Shown one piece after another: positions 27,683 through 36,988 of a DNA stretch of 64,000 nt; positions within the stretch are counted from its first letter, which is position 1, and each line of letters begins with the position of its first letter. The stretch spans positions 58,674-122,673 of the forward strand of contig JAJYJO010000001.1 of assembly GCA_021789435.1 (NCBI GenBank), read 5' to 3'. Below the pieces are notes generated by a model that worked only from the letters and a program-made list of their open reading frames with translations, made no database searches and was not told the DNA's origin. Origin of the DNA: Chloroflexota bacterium. Lineage in GTDB: Bacteria; Chloroflexota; Limnocylindria; Limnocylindrales; CSP1-4. A program made the position numbers and the translations under genes.

Positions 27683-29671
27683 ATGGGTTATCGCATCTCG
27701 ATCGATCGAGGAGGCTGCATCAACTGCGGCGTCTGCATGGACGTCTGCCCGGTGCAGGCGCTCGACATGTCGCGCCCGGATCGGCCGGGCGTGGAGACCG
27801 GCGCGGCCGGTGGCACCCCGTTCCGCTGGATGATGGAGTACCCACTCCAGGTCGGCGAGTGCATCGGCTGCGGCATCTGCGTCCGCGAGTGCCCGACGGT
27901 CGTGATGAGCCTGGACGGCGTCGCCGGGGAGACCCAACTCGCGCCGCGCCAGGGTCCGATCACCTTCCCGGAGCCGGCGGGGCAGACGGGCTGGCAGCCG
28001 CTCTCGGCCGTCACGCGTGAGGCCCTCAAGGCCGACCATCCCTCCCCGTTCGAGCCCCTGTTCGTGTGGCGGACCAGCGAGCGCCCGCGGCCGTGGCAGG
28101 TCTGGCGGACGATGGAAGACGCTCCCGCCGATCCGAAAGCCCCCTGCCAGGCGGCCTGCCCGGCGGGCACCGACGCGGGCCGCTACGTCGGCCTGATCGC
28201 CCAGGGCCGCTACGACGAAGCCTACGCCGTCTCGGCGGAGGTCAATCCGTTCCCCTCCGTCTGCGGCTGGATCTGCACCGCCCCCTGCGAGTCGGCCTGC
28301 CGGCGCGGGACCCTGGACGAGCCCATCTCGATCCGGACGCTCAAGCGGTTCGCGACCGAGCGCGGCCGGCTGCCGGCGATCCCCCTGCCGCCGCTGAAGC
28401 GGACCGAGCGGGTGGCGATCGTCGGCGGCGGGCCGGCCGGCATGGCCGCCGCCTACTACCTCGCCCGCCTGGGCTACCCGGTGACGGTATTCGAGGCGAT
28501 GCCGGTGCCCGGCGGCATGATGGCGATCGGAATCCCCGAGTACCGCCTGCCGCGCGAGATCCTGCGCGACGAGATCGACCGCATCCTCCGCCTGGGAGTG
28601 GACCTCCGGCTCGACGCGGCGATGGGCCGCGACTTCACCCTGAGCGACCTGGAGGCCGAGGGCTTCAAGGCCGTCTTCCTGGCCACCGGCGCCTCCAAGA
28701 GTCGCCGGCTGGGCGTGCCGGGCGACGACGCGAAGGGCGTGATCCCGGCGACGTACTTCCTCAAGCAGGTGAACCTGGGCGAGAACCCCCGGCTCACCGG
28801 TCCGGCCGTCGTCGTCGGTGGCGGCTCGACGGCCATGGATGCCGCCCGCTCGGCGCTCCGCAGCGGCGCCAGCCCGGTGACCATCCTCTACCGCCGCGGC
28901 CGGGACGACATGCCCGCCCAGGCGGAGGAGGTCGAGGCCGCCGAGCGCGAGGGCATCCAGATCGAGACGGGCATCGTGGTCACGCAGGTCCTGGCCCGCG
29001 ACGGGGCGGTGGTCGCCGTCCGCTGCGAGCGCCAGCGCTCCACCGGCCGCTTCGAGAACGGCCGGACGGTCTGGGCCCCGATCCCCGGCAGCGAGACCGA
29101 GCTGGCCGTGGCCACCGTCCTGGTGGCGGTCGGCGAGGAGCCCGATCCCTCGATCCTGCCCGAGGGTGCCGGGATCGGCGTCACCGCCTTCGCGGGCGTG
29201 GCCGCCGATCCGCGCAGCCTGGCGACGGGTCGACCCGGCGTCTTCGCCGGTGGCGATGTTGTCACCGGGCCCAAGACGATCATCGACGCGGTCGCCGCGG
29301 GCCGGCGAGCCGCCGGCTCGGTCCACGAGTACCTCTCGGGGGCGCGCGACGGCGAGGCCGAGATCATGGCCGCCGTCCGCTTCCCCACCCCGCGGGAACG
29401 GCAGCTCCGGCTGGACCTGGCGACCCGGGCGCGGTCCCACGCGCCCCTGCCCGTCTACCAGCCGGGCTCGTTCAGGGCGGAACAGGAGGGCTTCGACGAG
29501 GCGGCGGCACGAGCCGAGGCCTCGCGATGCTTCCGCTGCGATGCGGTCTACAGCTGTCCGTCCGTCCAGGTCGTCGCCGGCCGCGGTCCGCGCGAGCAGG
29601 CGGCCATCCCGCCCATCCCGTCCCCGGCGTCCCACCCCGCGGCGCCGTTCACTGCAGGAGGTCAACGATGA
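27683..29671 (+). CDS. 2x[4Fe-4S] ferredoxin domain fused to a GltD-like NAD(P)H-dependent FAD oxidoreductase (AegA/YgfT/SudA-like)
   Basis: CINCGVCMDVCP and CIGCGICVRECP ferredoxin motifs. GltD-type cluster region CQAACPAGTDAGRY...NPFPSVCGWICTAPCESAC. Dinucleotide fold VAIVGGGPAGMAAAYYLARLGYPVTVFEA and a second VVVGGGSTAMDAARSA. GGAGG RBS. Confidence 0.85.
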   Translation: MGYRISIDRGGCINCGVCMDVCPVQALDMSRPDRPGVETGAAGGTPFRWMMEYPLQVGECIGCGICVRECPTVVMSLDGVAGETQLAPRQGPITFPEPAGQTGWQPLSAVTREALKADHPSPFEPLFVWRTSERPRPWQVWRTMEDAPADPKAPCQAACPAGTDAGRYVGLIAQGRYDEAYAVSAEVNPFPSVCGWICTAPCESACRRGTLDEPISIRTLKRFATERGRLPAIPLPPLKRTERVAIVGGGPAGMAAAYYLARLGYPVTVFEAMPVPGGMMAIGIPEYRLPREILRDEIDRILRLGVDLRLDAAMGRDFTLSDLEAEGFKAVFLATGASKSRRLGVPGDDAKGVIPATYFLKQVNLGENPRLTGPAVVVGGGSTAMDAARSALRSGASPVTILYRRGRDDMPAQAEEVEAAEREGIQIETGIVVTQVLARDGAVVAVRCERQRSTGRFENGRTVWAPIPGSETELAVATVLVAVGEEPDPSILPEGAGIGVTAFAGVAADPRSLATGRPGVFAGGDVVTGPKTIIDAVAAGRRAAGSVHEYLSGARDGEAEIMAAVRFPTPRERQLRLDLATRARSHAPLPVYQPGSFRAEQEGFDEAAARAEASRCFRCDAVYSCPSVQVVAGRGPREQAAIPPIPSPASHPAAPFTAGGQR

Positions 29672-30288
29672 CGCCCGACCAGGTCTCCGGGCTGTTCGCC
29701 GCCGGCGAGGCGTTCGTGGAAGGAACGATCGCCGCCGCGCTGGTGGTGCTCTGGCTGCTGGCCCTTGCGCTGCACATCGCCCGCCCCTACATGGTCGCGA
29801 ACCTGCGCAAGTTCACCCTGCGGCTCGGTGCCGACCTATGGTGGATCATCTACGTGGGCCTGCGGGACGTGCTGCTGCTCCAGGTCTTCCTCGGCAGCTT
29901 CATCTTCTTCTACCCCGACGTGGTCAAGGCCAAGGATCTGCCGATCACGGGCGGCCTGGCCGCCGTCGCGGCCTTCGCGGTCCTCGTCATCAAGCTGACC
30001 ACGCGGGGCGACGCCGACCTCCGCTGGTACCGCATCCAGTCGCTCCTGCTCGGGCTCGGCGCCACCCTCTACATCGCGCCCTACCTGCTGGGCGTCCAGG
30101 TCAACCAGCTCGGCAACTCCAGCGCGAGCACCCTGGCCTCGATCCTCGACAGCTCGCTGAACACGACCTGGTCGCTGCCGCTCTGCTACGTCTCGGCGGG
30201 CCTGGTCGGCCTGCTCGGCCTTTACGCCGTCGCCTACAACCTGCGCCAGACCACCGTCCGCCGGCCCGTCCGCGGCCAGGCTCAGTAA
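29668..30288 (+). CDS. 5-TM membrane protein, paralog A (unknown family), start overlapping the oxidoreductase stop (ATGA)
   Basis: GGAGG RBS. Helices IAAALVVLWLLALALHIA, LWWIIYVGLRDVLLLQVFLGSFIFF, LAAVAAFAVLVIKL, SLLLGLGATLYIAPYLLGV, YVSAGLVGLLGLYAVAY. Confidence 0.7.
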   Translation: MTPDQVSGLFAAGEAFVEGTIAAALVVLWLLALALHIARPYMVANLRKFTLRLGADLWWIIYVGLRDVLLLQVFLGSFIFFYPDVVKAKDLPITGGLAAVAAFAVLVIKLTTRGDADLRWYRIQSLLLGLGATLYIAPYLLGVQVNQLGNSSASTLASILDSSLNTTWSLPLCYVSAGLVGLLGLYAVAYNLRQTTVRRPVRGQAQ

Positions 30289-30301
30289 GGAGAGCTGACC
30301 G

Positions 30302-30997
30302 ATGCCGACTCCCACGCCCCTCAACGCCGACAGCCTGGCGACCGCGCTGACCCAGGGCGGCGCCGGCTGGATGGTCCTGTCCGTGGCGGCCGTGCTGCCG
30401 ATCCTGTGGGCCTTCACCCTCAGCCTGCACTTCGCCCGGCCGTACGTGATCCGCTTCCTCCAGACGCTCACCCTCCGCTTCGGCGGCGACGTCTGGTGGC
30501 TGAGCTACGTCCTGATCCGGGACGGGCTGATGATGATCACCCTCGCGCTCAGCATGATCTTCCTGATGCCGAACCTGTATATCGGGGTCGGGCTGCCGAT
30601 CACGGCGCCGCTGTCGACGGTCATCCTCTTCTGGGCGCTGGCCATCAAGCTGGTCCGCGACAGCGACGACGACCCGGCGGCCTTCCGGCTGATCTCGATC
30701 CTGCTGGTGGTCTCCTCGATCCTCTACATCGTCCCCCAGATCTACGGCCTGGAGGCCGCCGACCAGACGGTCATCTGGAACAACGCCACCGGCCTCGGCT
30801 GGATCCCGGGTGTCCTCAGCTCCTTCAACGGCGACTGGGTCAATCCCTGGGCCTGGCCGATCCTCGACGTCTCGCTGGTCCTCTTCGCGCTGACCGGCGG
30901 CGGCCTGTTCGTCCGCTTCCTGCTCAACCTGGGCCAGGAGGAGGCGTCGTCCGGCTCCAGCGTCGACACCAGCGAGCAGCTGCCGGTCGCCCGCTGA
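30302..30997 (+). CDS. 5-TM membrane protein, paralog B (same unknown family)
   Basis: AAGGAGAG RBS. LHFARPYVIRFLQTLTLRFGGDVWWLSYVLIRD parallels LHIARPYMVANLRKFTLRLGADLWWIIYVGLRD of paralog A. Confidence 0.7.
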   Translation: MPTPTPLNADSLATALTQGGAGWMVLSVAAVLPILWAFTLSLHFARPYVIRFLQTLTLRFGGDVWWLSYVLIRDGLMMITLALSMIFLMPNLYIGVGLPITAPLSTVILFWALAIKLVRDSDDDPAAFRLISILLVVSSILYIVPQIYGLEAADQTVIWNNATGLGWIPGVLSSFNGDWVNPWAWPILDVSLVLFALTGGGLFVRFLLNLGQEEASSGSSVDTSEQLPVAR

Positions 30998-31233
30998 GGT
31001 AGCCGAGGGCTCGTACGCCCGAATCACCCGCCCCCGCTGCCGGCCTCCCACCCGGGCCGGAGCCAATCGTGCTGGGGGACCGGAGGCCCCGTCGCTTCGG
31101 CGGCGGGGTCTCCGCTTGCGCCCGCGGGACGGCGGCCCTGGTGGTCGGATGGCTGCGACATGTGGGCGCGACCTTCGCGACCGCGACCGAGTTCGTCGGC
31201 CCCAGGCGCGGCCGCCGGGGCGGGCGAGCAGGC

Positions 31234-32166
31234 TCAGCGCGGGATGCGGGCAGCCGCCGCCTCATCCACGATCCAGGTCGCGCCACGGCGGCGGGCCCGC
31301 TGGGCCGGCCAGCGCCGCTCGTCGCGAACGGGCCCGAAGACGCCGGCCAGGGCCGCCGCCTTGCCGGGCCCCGCGGTGATGGCGATGAGCGCCCGAGCCG
31401 CGTCCAGGACGGCCGGGTTCAGGGTGACGCGCGGCAGGTGCGGTCCGACGTGCGTCGGCGCGGCGATCCCCAGGGTCCAGCGGTCGGACTCCAGGGCCCG
31501 ACTGCCCGGGAAGCAGGAGAGGACGTGGCCGTCCTCGCCGACGCCCACGATGACCAGGTCGAAGATCGGCCAGCCGGCGGGATCCACGGGCAGGGCCGCG
31601 GCCATCTCCCGGGCGTACTGCTCGGCGCACCAGTCGGCATCGCGTCCCTCGCCGATGGCCTGCAGGGTGGGCCAGGGATGGAGGTTGGCGGCGGGGAGCG
31701 GCGCCCCCATCTGCGCCGTGGCCGCGTCCACCCCGGGCGGGCCGTCCAGGTCGGAGCCGTCGGCGCCGTCGCCGGCCTGGCCGGACCGCGCGCCCGCCCG
31801 CAGGAGCACCTGGTCGAGCGGCAGGACGTTGGAGTCGGGGTGGTCGCGCGGGACGAAGCGGTCGTCGCCCCACCAGACCTGGATCCGGTCCCACGGGAGG
31901 CGGTCGCGCAGCGGCGGGGCGGCCAAACGGCGGTAGATCGCGATGGGTGAGGATCCGCCGGTCGTGGCGAAGTGGGCGGTGCCCCGCTCGCGGGCGGCGC
32001 GCTCCAGGGTCGCGGCGATCCGCTCGCCGGCGGCCGCCGCCACTGCGTCGGGAGACGGCAGCACCAGCAGCTCGGGCTCGCCGCGCTCCGCCCGGTCGAC
32101 CGCCTCCGGCGGCACGGCCGCGCCGCGGGGGACGGCCCCGCCGGGCGGGTCGGATCCATTGCTCAC
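31234..32166 (-). CDS. pgl: 6-phosphogluconolactonase
   Basis: ...HFATTGGSSP...DLVIVGVGEDGHVLSCFPGS...WIVDEAAA are the DevB/Pgl family motifs. Its start overlaps the opcA stop. The true start may be internal. Confidence 0.8.
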   Translation of the reverse strand: MSNGSDPPGGAVPRGAAVPPEAVDRAERGEPELLVLPSPDAVAAAAGERIAATLERAARERGTAHFATTGGSSPIAIYRRLAAPPLRDRLPWDRIQVWWGDDRFVPRDHPDSNVLPLDQVLLRAGARSGQAGDGADGSDLDGPPGVDAATAQMGAPLPAANLHPWPTLQAIGEGRDADWCAEQYAREMAAALPVDPAGWPIFDLVIVGVGEDGHVLSCFPGSRALESDRWTLGIAAPTHVGPHLPRVTLNPAVLDAARALIAITAGPGKAAALAGVFGPVRDERRWPAQRARRRGATWIVDEAAAARIPR

Positions 32167-33485
32167 CCTGCACCTCCGGGTTGGATCGCGTCCGCCACCG
32201 CCGGGCGCGGCTCGCCCGTCGTCCGGGGGCCGCCCTTCGCGAGTGCCGCCGCCAGGCGGAGCGTGGCGGCGCCGATCGCGTCGTGCCCGACCGCCTCGAT
32301 CACCTGCGAGAGGAGGTCCACCTCCCGCTGCCGGGGCGCCAGGAACGAGCGAGCCAGGAGCTCTCGGCCGTCCTCCAGGATGCGCACGTCGACCGTCTCA
32401 TCGCCGGCCGTCACGTCGCCCACGAGGGTGGTGCCGCGCCGCCGGGCAACCAGCTCGACCCGGAGTGTGGTGCCGCCCGGCCGGGACGAGCGGACCGGCC
32501 GCAGCGAAACCTCGACCGTCCCGCCAGGTCGCCGCAGGCGGGCGCGCCGGCCTCCCTCGGGGACGGACCGGAGCGGCTCGGCGACCGTCATCCCCAGGCG
32601 CGAGGCCAGCCAGGCCACGTGGTAGACCGGCTTGACCACGTTCGTCCGCCTCGCCGTGTCGGCATCGTCCGCCGCCGCGTAGTCCACGCTGATGGCGCGG
32701 ATCGAGCCGAGGTAGGGCTGCAGCTCCGGCCGGTCGAAAACGGAGGCGAGCGCCTCGCGCCAGCGGGCCTGGCGGATCAGCCCGAAGTCCGCGATGTCGT
32801 TCCCCAGGCGGCCCGCCACGTGGGCCATCTCGACCAGCCGGTCCAGGCCGTCGCCGGCCCAGGCCGAGCCGTCCACGATCAGCCGGTCGACCATCGGCAG
32901 GAGCTCGCGCGCCGGGTGCGAGCGGAAGCTCGGGTCGGAGGGCCACCAGAGGAGGACCGGCAGGTCGTGGATCAGGAGGGGCACGATGATCGCCGCCAGG
33001 TGCCGGCCCGACTCCCCGCCGGCGGTCACGAAGATCATCTCGGCGCACGTCTCGGCCACGCCCGGGGCCGGCAGGACGCAGTGGGCCTCGATCTGGGCGT
33101 CGAGCCAGGCCGGCCCGTCCGGGTCGGCCGCGGTCAGGATCAGCGAGCGCGACGGATGGCGGCCGGCCATCTGGGTGATCGTCGCCGCGGCGTGGACGCC
33201 GGTCTCCGGCCGGCCGGCGACCACGACCAGGTTCAGGACGCTGGTCCGCGCCGCGACGTGGCGCTCCCCGCTGGCGCCGATGACCTCCGCCAGGGCCGGC
33301 GCCGACCAGATCCGGCCGAGCTCGCGCTGGATCCCGTCGACGGTCCGGGCCCGCGACGACCAGCGCTGGACCGGCCGGCCGAAGACGGCCTCGTCGGTCT
33401 GCCGCAGCGCCCCGACGAGGTCCGCAACGGACTGCCGCGGGCCGGTCGCCGGGGCGCCGGCCGCCCTCCTCAGATCCTTCGCCAC
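32163..33485 (-). CDS. opcA: Glucose-6-phosphate dehydrogenase assembly protein OpcA
   Basis: 440 aa from a GTG (VAKDL...); ...SRSLILTAADPDGPAWLDAQIEAHCVL...IIVPLLIHDLPVLLWWPSDP... is typical OpcA. It overlaps the zwf 3' end by 16 nt. The upstream half of the 857-aa maximal ORF is antisense to zwf. Confidence 0.8.
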   Translation of the reverse strand: MAKDLRRAAGAPATGPRQSVADLVGALRQTDEAVFGRPVQRWSSRARTVDGIQRELGRIWSAPALAEVIGASGERHVAARTSVLNLVVVAGRPETGVHAAATITQMAGRHPSRSLILTAADPDGPAWLDAQIEAHCVLPAPGVAETCAEMIFVTAGGESGRHLAAIIVPLLIHDLPVLLWWPSDPSFRSHPARELLPMVDRLIVDGSAWAGDGLDRLVEMAHVAGRLGNDIADFGLIRQARWREALASVFDRPELQPYLGSIRAISVDYAAADDADTARRTNVVKPVYHVAWLASRLGMTVAEPLRSVPEGGRRARLRRPGGTVEVSLRPVRSSRPGGTTLRVELVARRRGTTLVGDVTAGDETVDVRILEDGRELLARSFLAPRQREVDLLSQVIEAVGHDAIGAATLRLAAALAKGGPRTTGEPRPAVADAIQPGGAG

Positions 33486-35053
33486 CGTCGTCCGTCGCGT
33501 GCCGGCAGGTCGTCGGCCGCCTCCGGTCCCCAGCTGCCGGCGGCGTAGTTGGGGAAGTCGGGCGCTCCCATGGCCGCCCACGCCTCGATGATCGGGGTCA
33601 CGATCCCCCAGGCCTCCTCCACTTCGTCCGCCCGGGTGAAGAGCGAAGCGTCGCCGAGGAGGGCATCCAGGATCAGGGTCTCGTAGGCGTCGGGGGAGCC
33701 CACGACGAACGTCGAGCCGTAGGTGAAGTCCATGTTCACCGAGCGCACGTCCAGCCCCAGGCCGGGGACCTTGGCGGCGAACCGCAGCAGGATCCCCTCG
33801 TCCGGCTGGATCCGCATCGCCAGCAGGTTCGGGTCCGGCTCGGACGAGGAGTCCCGGAAGAGGCGGTGGGGGACTTCCTTGAACTGGACCGCGATCTCGG
33901 TGGCCCGCTTCGGCAGGCGCTTGCCGGTCCGCAGGTAGAAGGGGACGCCACCCCAGCGCCAGTCGTCGACGGCCAGGCGCGCCGCCACATACGTCTCGGT
34001 CTCCGAGAGGGGGTCGACCTCCGGCTCCTCGCGGTAGCCCGCAACCGGCTGGGCATCGACCCAGCCCGGCCCGTACTGCCCGCGCACGATGAGGCGCCGA
34101 ACGTCCTCCGGGGAGAAGCGGGTGACGGCCCGCAGGACCTTGACCTTCTCGTCGCGCAGGGAATTCGCCTCGAAGGCCGCCGGGGGCTCCATCGCCACCA
34201 GCGTCAGCAGCTGGAGCAGGTGGTTCTGGAGGATGTCCCGGATCGCCCCGGTCTCCTCGTAGAAGGCGCCCCGGCTCTCGACGCCGATCGACTCGGCCAC
34301 CGTGATCTGCACGTGGTCCACGTAGCGCCGGTTCCAGATCGGCTCGAAGATGCCGTTGCCGAACCGGAAGACGAGGAGGTTGCGGACCGTCTCCTTGCCC
34401 AGGTAGTGGTCGATGCGGTAGACCTGCGACTCGCGGAAGACCTTGCCGACCTCGCGGTTGAGGCGGGTCGCCGACTCCAGGTCGCGGCCGAACGGCTTCT
34501 CGACGATGACCCGCCGCCAGCCTGCGCCGTGGACCTCGTGGTCCAGGCCGACCCGCCCGAGCTGGCGGACCACCTCGGTCACCTGCGACGGCTGCGTCGC
34601 CAGGTAGTAGAGGCGGTTGCCCTGCGTGCCGCGCTCGCGGTCCAGCGCATCCAGGCGTTCGCCCAGGGCGTCGTATCCGGCGTCGTCGGAGAAGTCGAGC
34701 TGCTGGTAGCAGATCCGCCCGGCGAACGCCGCCCAAGCCGTCGCGTCGAGCGGCTGGACCCGGGCGAAGCGCTCCAGGGCGCTCCGCACCTCGTCCCGGA
34801 ACGTGGCGTCGGAGTACGGGCGGCGGGCCACCGCCAGCACGGTGAATTCCTGCGGCAGCAGGTTCGACCGCCAGAGCTGGTAGAGCGCCGGGAGGACCTT
34901 CCGGTGGGCGAGGTCGCCCGTGGCCCCGAAGAGGACGAATGCGCTCGGGTCCGGCACGCGCTCGAGGCGGAGGCCCTCGCGCAGCGGGTTCGGGAACCGG
35001 CTCCGGGGGGGTCGCCGGCGGGCGCCGCGCCTGGTCTCGCGCAGCTCCCGCAT
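33470..35053 (-). CDS. zwf: Glucose-6-phosphate 1-dehydrogenase
   Basis: FVLFGATGDLAHRK, RIDHYLGKE, EKPFG, and near-colinear with mycobacterial Zwf, including the NPLR N-terminal extension. Confidence 0.92.
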   Translation of the reverse strand: MRELRETRRGARRRPPRSRFPNPLREGLRLERVPDPSAFVLFGATGDLAHRKVLPALYQLWRSNLLPQEFTVLAVARRPYSDATFRDEVRSALERFARVQPLDATAWAAFAGRICYQQLDFSDDAGYDALGERLDALDRERGTQGNRLYYLATQPSQVTEVVRQLGRVGLDHEVHGAGWRRVIVEKPFGRDLESATRLNREVGKVFRESQVYRIDHYLGKETVRNLLVFRFGNGIFEPIWNRRYVDHVQITVAESIGVESRGAFYEETGAIRDILQNHLLQLLTLVAMEPPAAFEANSLRDEKVKVLRAVTRFSPEDVRRLIVRGQYGPGWVDAQPVAGYREEPEVDPLSETETYVAARLAVDDWRWGGVPFYLRTGKRLPKRATEIAVQFKEVPHRLFRDSSSEPDPNLLAMRIQPDEGILLRFAAKVPGLGLDVRSVNMDFTYGSTFVVGSPDAYETLILDALLGDASLFTRADEVEEAWGIVTPIIEAWAAMGAPDFPNYAAGSWGPEAADDLPARDGRRWRRI

Positions 35054-35150
35054 GGTGCGGGCCGGCGCGGTGGGGCGGGTCCGGGCGGGGACGGTCGTGG
35101 CCTACCTCCTCCCCGGGGGGCCGGACGGGCCGCCACTCCGGTGCCGGGCG

Positions 35151-35204
35151 CTCACGCTGTCGCGCGGGCTCACGCTGTCGCGCGGGCTCACGCTGTCGCG
35201 AGGG
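35151..35204. repeat. Three tandem copies of an 18-bp unit (ctcacgctgtcgcgcggg). The third copy is the pgi stop plus its last 5 codons.
   Basis: Seen directly. Copies 1-2 lie in the pgi-zwf intergenic spacer. Confidence 0.7.
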
Positions 35205-36969
35205 CCGCGTCCAGGACCCGCTCCAGGGCGGCCAGGCCGGCGTCCGGGTCGGGCCCGAGGTGGACGCGCAGGATCGGCAGGTCGTGGGCCTCCAGGGCCT
35301 GCATGTCGCCGGCGGCCTGGGCGTCGATCAGCTGGCCGAAGGTGTAGGGCTGGCCCGGGATCGGACGGTCCGCCGGGTGGTCCGCCGTCAGCTGGAGGAA
35401 CCAGCCGATCGGCGCGCCGCCCTTGTGGAGCTGGCCGGTCGAGTGGAGGAAGCGCGGTCCATAGCCGACGGTGGTCGCTCGCCGCGTCCGGTCGCGCAGG
35501 AGGACCCGGAGCCGGGTCAGGGCCGCCGTCCGCCCGTCGGATGGCGCGATGTAGGCCTGCAGCGCCGCGTAGCCGGTCGGCCGCAGCCGGGCCAGGTGGC
35601 GTCGCAGCTCGCCGGCGACGTCCGGCGAGCCGGCCGAGAGGCGGAGGGCGGTGTCGCCGTAGACGGTCAGCCCGTCGCCCCTGGCGAGCGGCTCCGAACC
35701 AGGAGCGGCCGCCCGCCCCAGGTCGGCCAGCACCGCCCGCGCGGAGCGCTTGGACTCCTCGACGTTGGGCTGGTCGAAGGGATCGATCCCCAGGACGGCC
35801 CCCGCGAACGCGGTCGCGACCTCCCAGCGGACGAACTCCGCGCCGAGATCGATCGGGTCGTTCAGGGCGATCCGGATGACCGGATGTCCGGCCGCGGCCA
35901 GCCGTTCCAGCAGGCGGTCGGCGGTCTCGCCGGTCCCGGTCGCCGGGCCGGCCGAGCCGTCGAGGGCGAGCCGGACGAAGACGCGGTCGCCGCCGTAGGC
36001 CTCCGGAGCGGCCAACGGCTCGCGATCGACCGGGACGATCCCGACCCCGTGCTTGCCGGTGCTCTCGGCCAGGAGCTGCTCGGCCCAGGCGCCGAAGATC
36101 ACGATCTCCGGGTCGGCCACGAAGGTCAGCTTGTCGCGCCCCTCGCGGGCGAGCGTCCCGATCGCCAGGCCCAGGGCCAGTCCCGGGTTGCGCGCCGGGT
36201 CCGGGTCGGCGCAGTCGGCCAGCATGACCATCGCCCGGGCCAGCAGCGCGTCCAGGTCGATCCCCAGCAGCGATCCGGGCACGAGGCCCACGTAGGTGAG
36301 CGCCGAGTAGCGGCCGCCGACGTCGGGCGGGTTGAGGAAGACCTCCCGGAGCTCGTCGTGGTGGGGGATGGCCCGCAGGCTCGGCTCGGGGTCGGTGATC
36401 GCGACCATCAGCTCGCCCGGGCTCCCGATCCGGGCATGCCGCTCGTGGCGGGCCCGGTCGATTCGGGCCCACGCGTCGGCCTGCAAGGCCAGGGTTTCGG
36501 CCGTCGTGCCCGACTTGGTCGAGACGATGAAGAGGGTCCGCAGCGGATCCAGGTCATCGACGGCCGCGGCGACCGCCGCCGGATCGGTCGAGTCGAGGAC
36601 CCGCACGGGGAGCCAGTCGGGGATCGCCCCGAAGACGGACGCCAGGACGTCCGGCGCCAGGCTGCTGCCGCCCATGCCCCCCAGCACGGCGGCCGTGAAG
36701 CCGGCCTCCCGGGTTCCCTCCCCGAAGGCCTCCAGGGCGATCGTGCGCTCGGCGAACGTGGCCGGCGCGTCAAGCCAGCCGAGCCGCGCGGCGATCGCCG
36801 CCTGCACGGTCGGGTCGTCGGACCAGAGCGACGCGTCGCGCGACGCCAGCCGCTCCGCCCAGCGCTGCTCGACGGCCCGTGCGGCCGCCTCCGCGAGAGC
36901 CGCCTCCGCGGCGGCGCTCCCCGGCCGGAAGTCGAGGGCGGCCGAGGCCGCCGAGGCAGGGTCGGTCAT
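35188..36969 (-). CDS. pgi: Glucose-6-phosphate isomerase
   Basis: 593 aa; ...FIVSTKSGTTAETL..., ...GGRYSALTYVGLVPG..., ...FDQPNVEESK... are the SIS-domain PGI motifs. Confidence 0.85.
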   Translation of the reverse strand: MTDPASAASAALDFRPGSAAAEAALAEAAARAVEQRWAERLASRDASLWSDDPTVQAAIAARLGWLDAPATFAERTIALEAFGEGTREAGFTAAVLGGMGGSSLAPDVLASVFGAIPDWLPVRVLDSTDPAAVAAAVDDLDPLRTLFIVSTKSGTTAETLALQADAWARIDRARHERHARIGSPGELMVAITDPEPSLRAIPHHDELREVFLNPPDVGGRYSALTYVGLVPGSLLGIDLDALLARAMVMLADCADPDPARNPGLALGLAIGTLAREGRDKLTFVADPEIVIFGAWAEQLLAESTGKHGVGIVPVDREPLAAPEAYGGDRVFVRLALDGSAGPATGTGETADRLLERLAAAGHPVIRIALNDPIDLGAEFVRWEVATAFAGAVLGIDPFDQPNVEESKRSARAVLADLGRAAAPGSEPLARGDGLTVYGDTALRLSAGSPDVAGELRRHLARLRPTGYAALQAYIAPSDGRTAALTRLRVLLRDRTRRATTVGYGPRFLHSTGQLHKGGAPIGWFLQLTADHPADRPIPGQPYTFGQLIDAQAAGDMQALEAHDLPILRVHLGPDPDAGLAALERVLDAALATA

Positions 36970-36988
36970 CGCGGCGCTCCTTTCGAGG

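Noticed and set aside
27383-27683. DosR/DevR-type Dev box in the oxidoreductase leader
   Set aside because: No match to the GGGACT..AGTCCC 20-bp palindrome was found; only the different CCCCTCGAGGGG palindrome is present.
32163-34736. N-terminal 417 codons of the 857-aa ORF containing opcA
   Set aside because: That portion is antisense to zwf. opcA proper begins at the GTG at 33485.
35054-35187. Hidden small gene in the pgi-zwf spacer
   Set aside because: The spacer is largely occupied by the 18-bp repeat copies and Arg/Gly-rich frames. There is no SD-preceded ORF with sensible composition.
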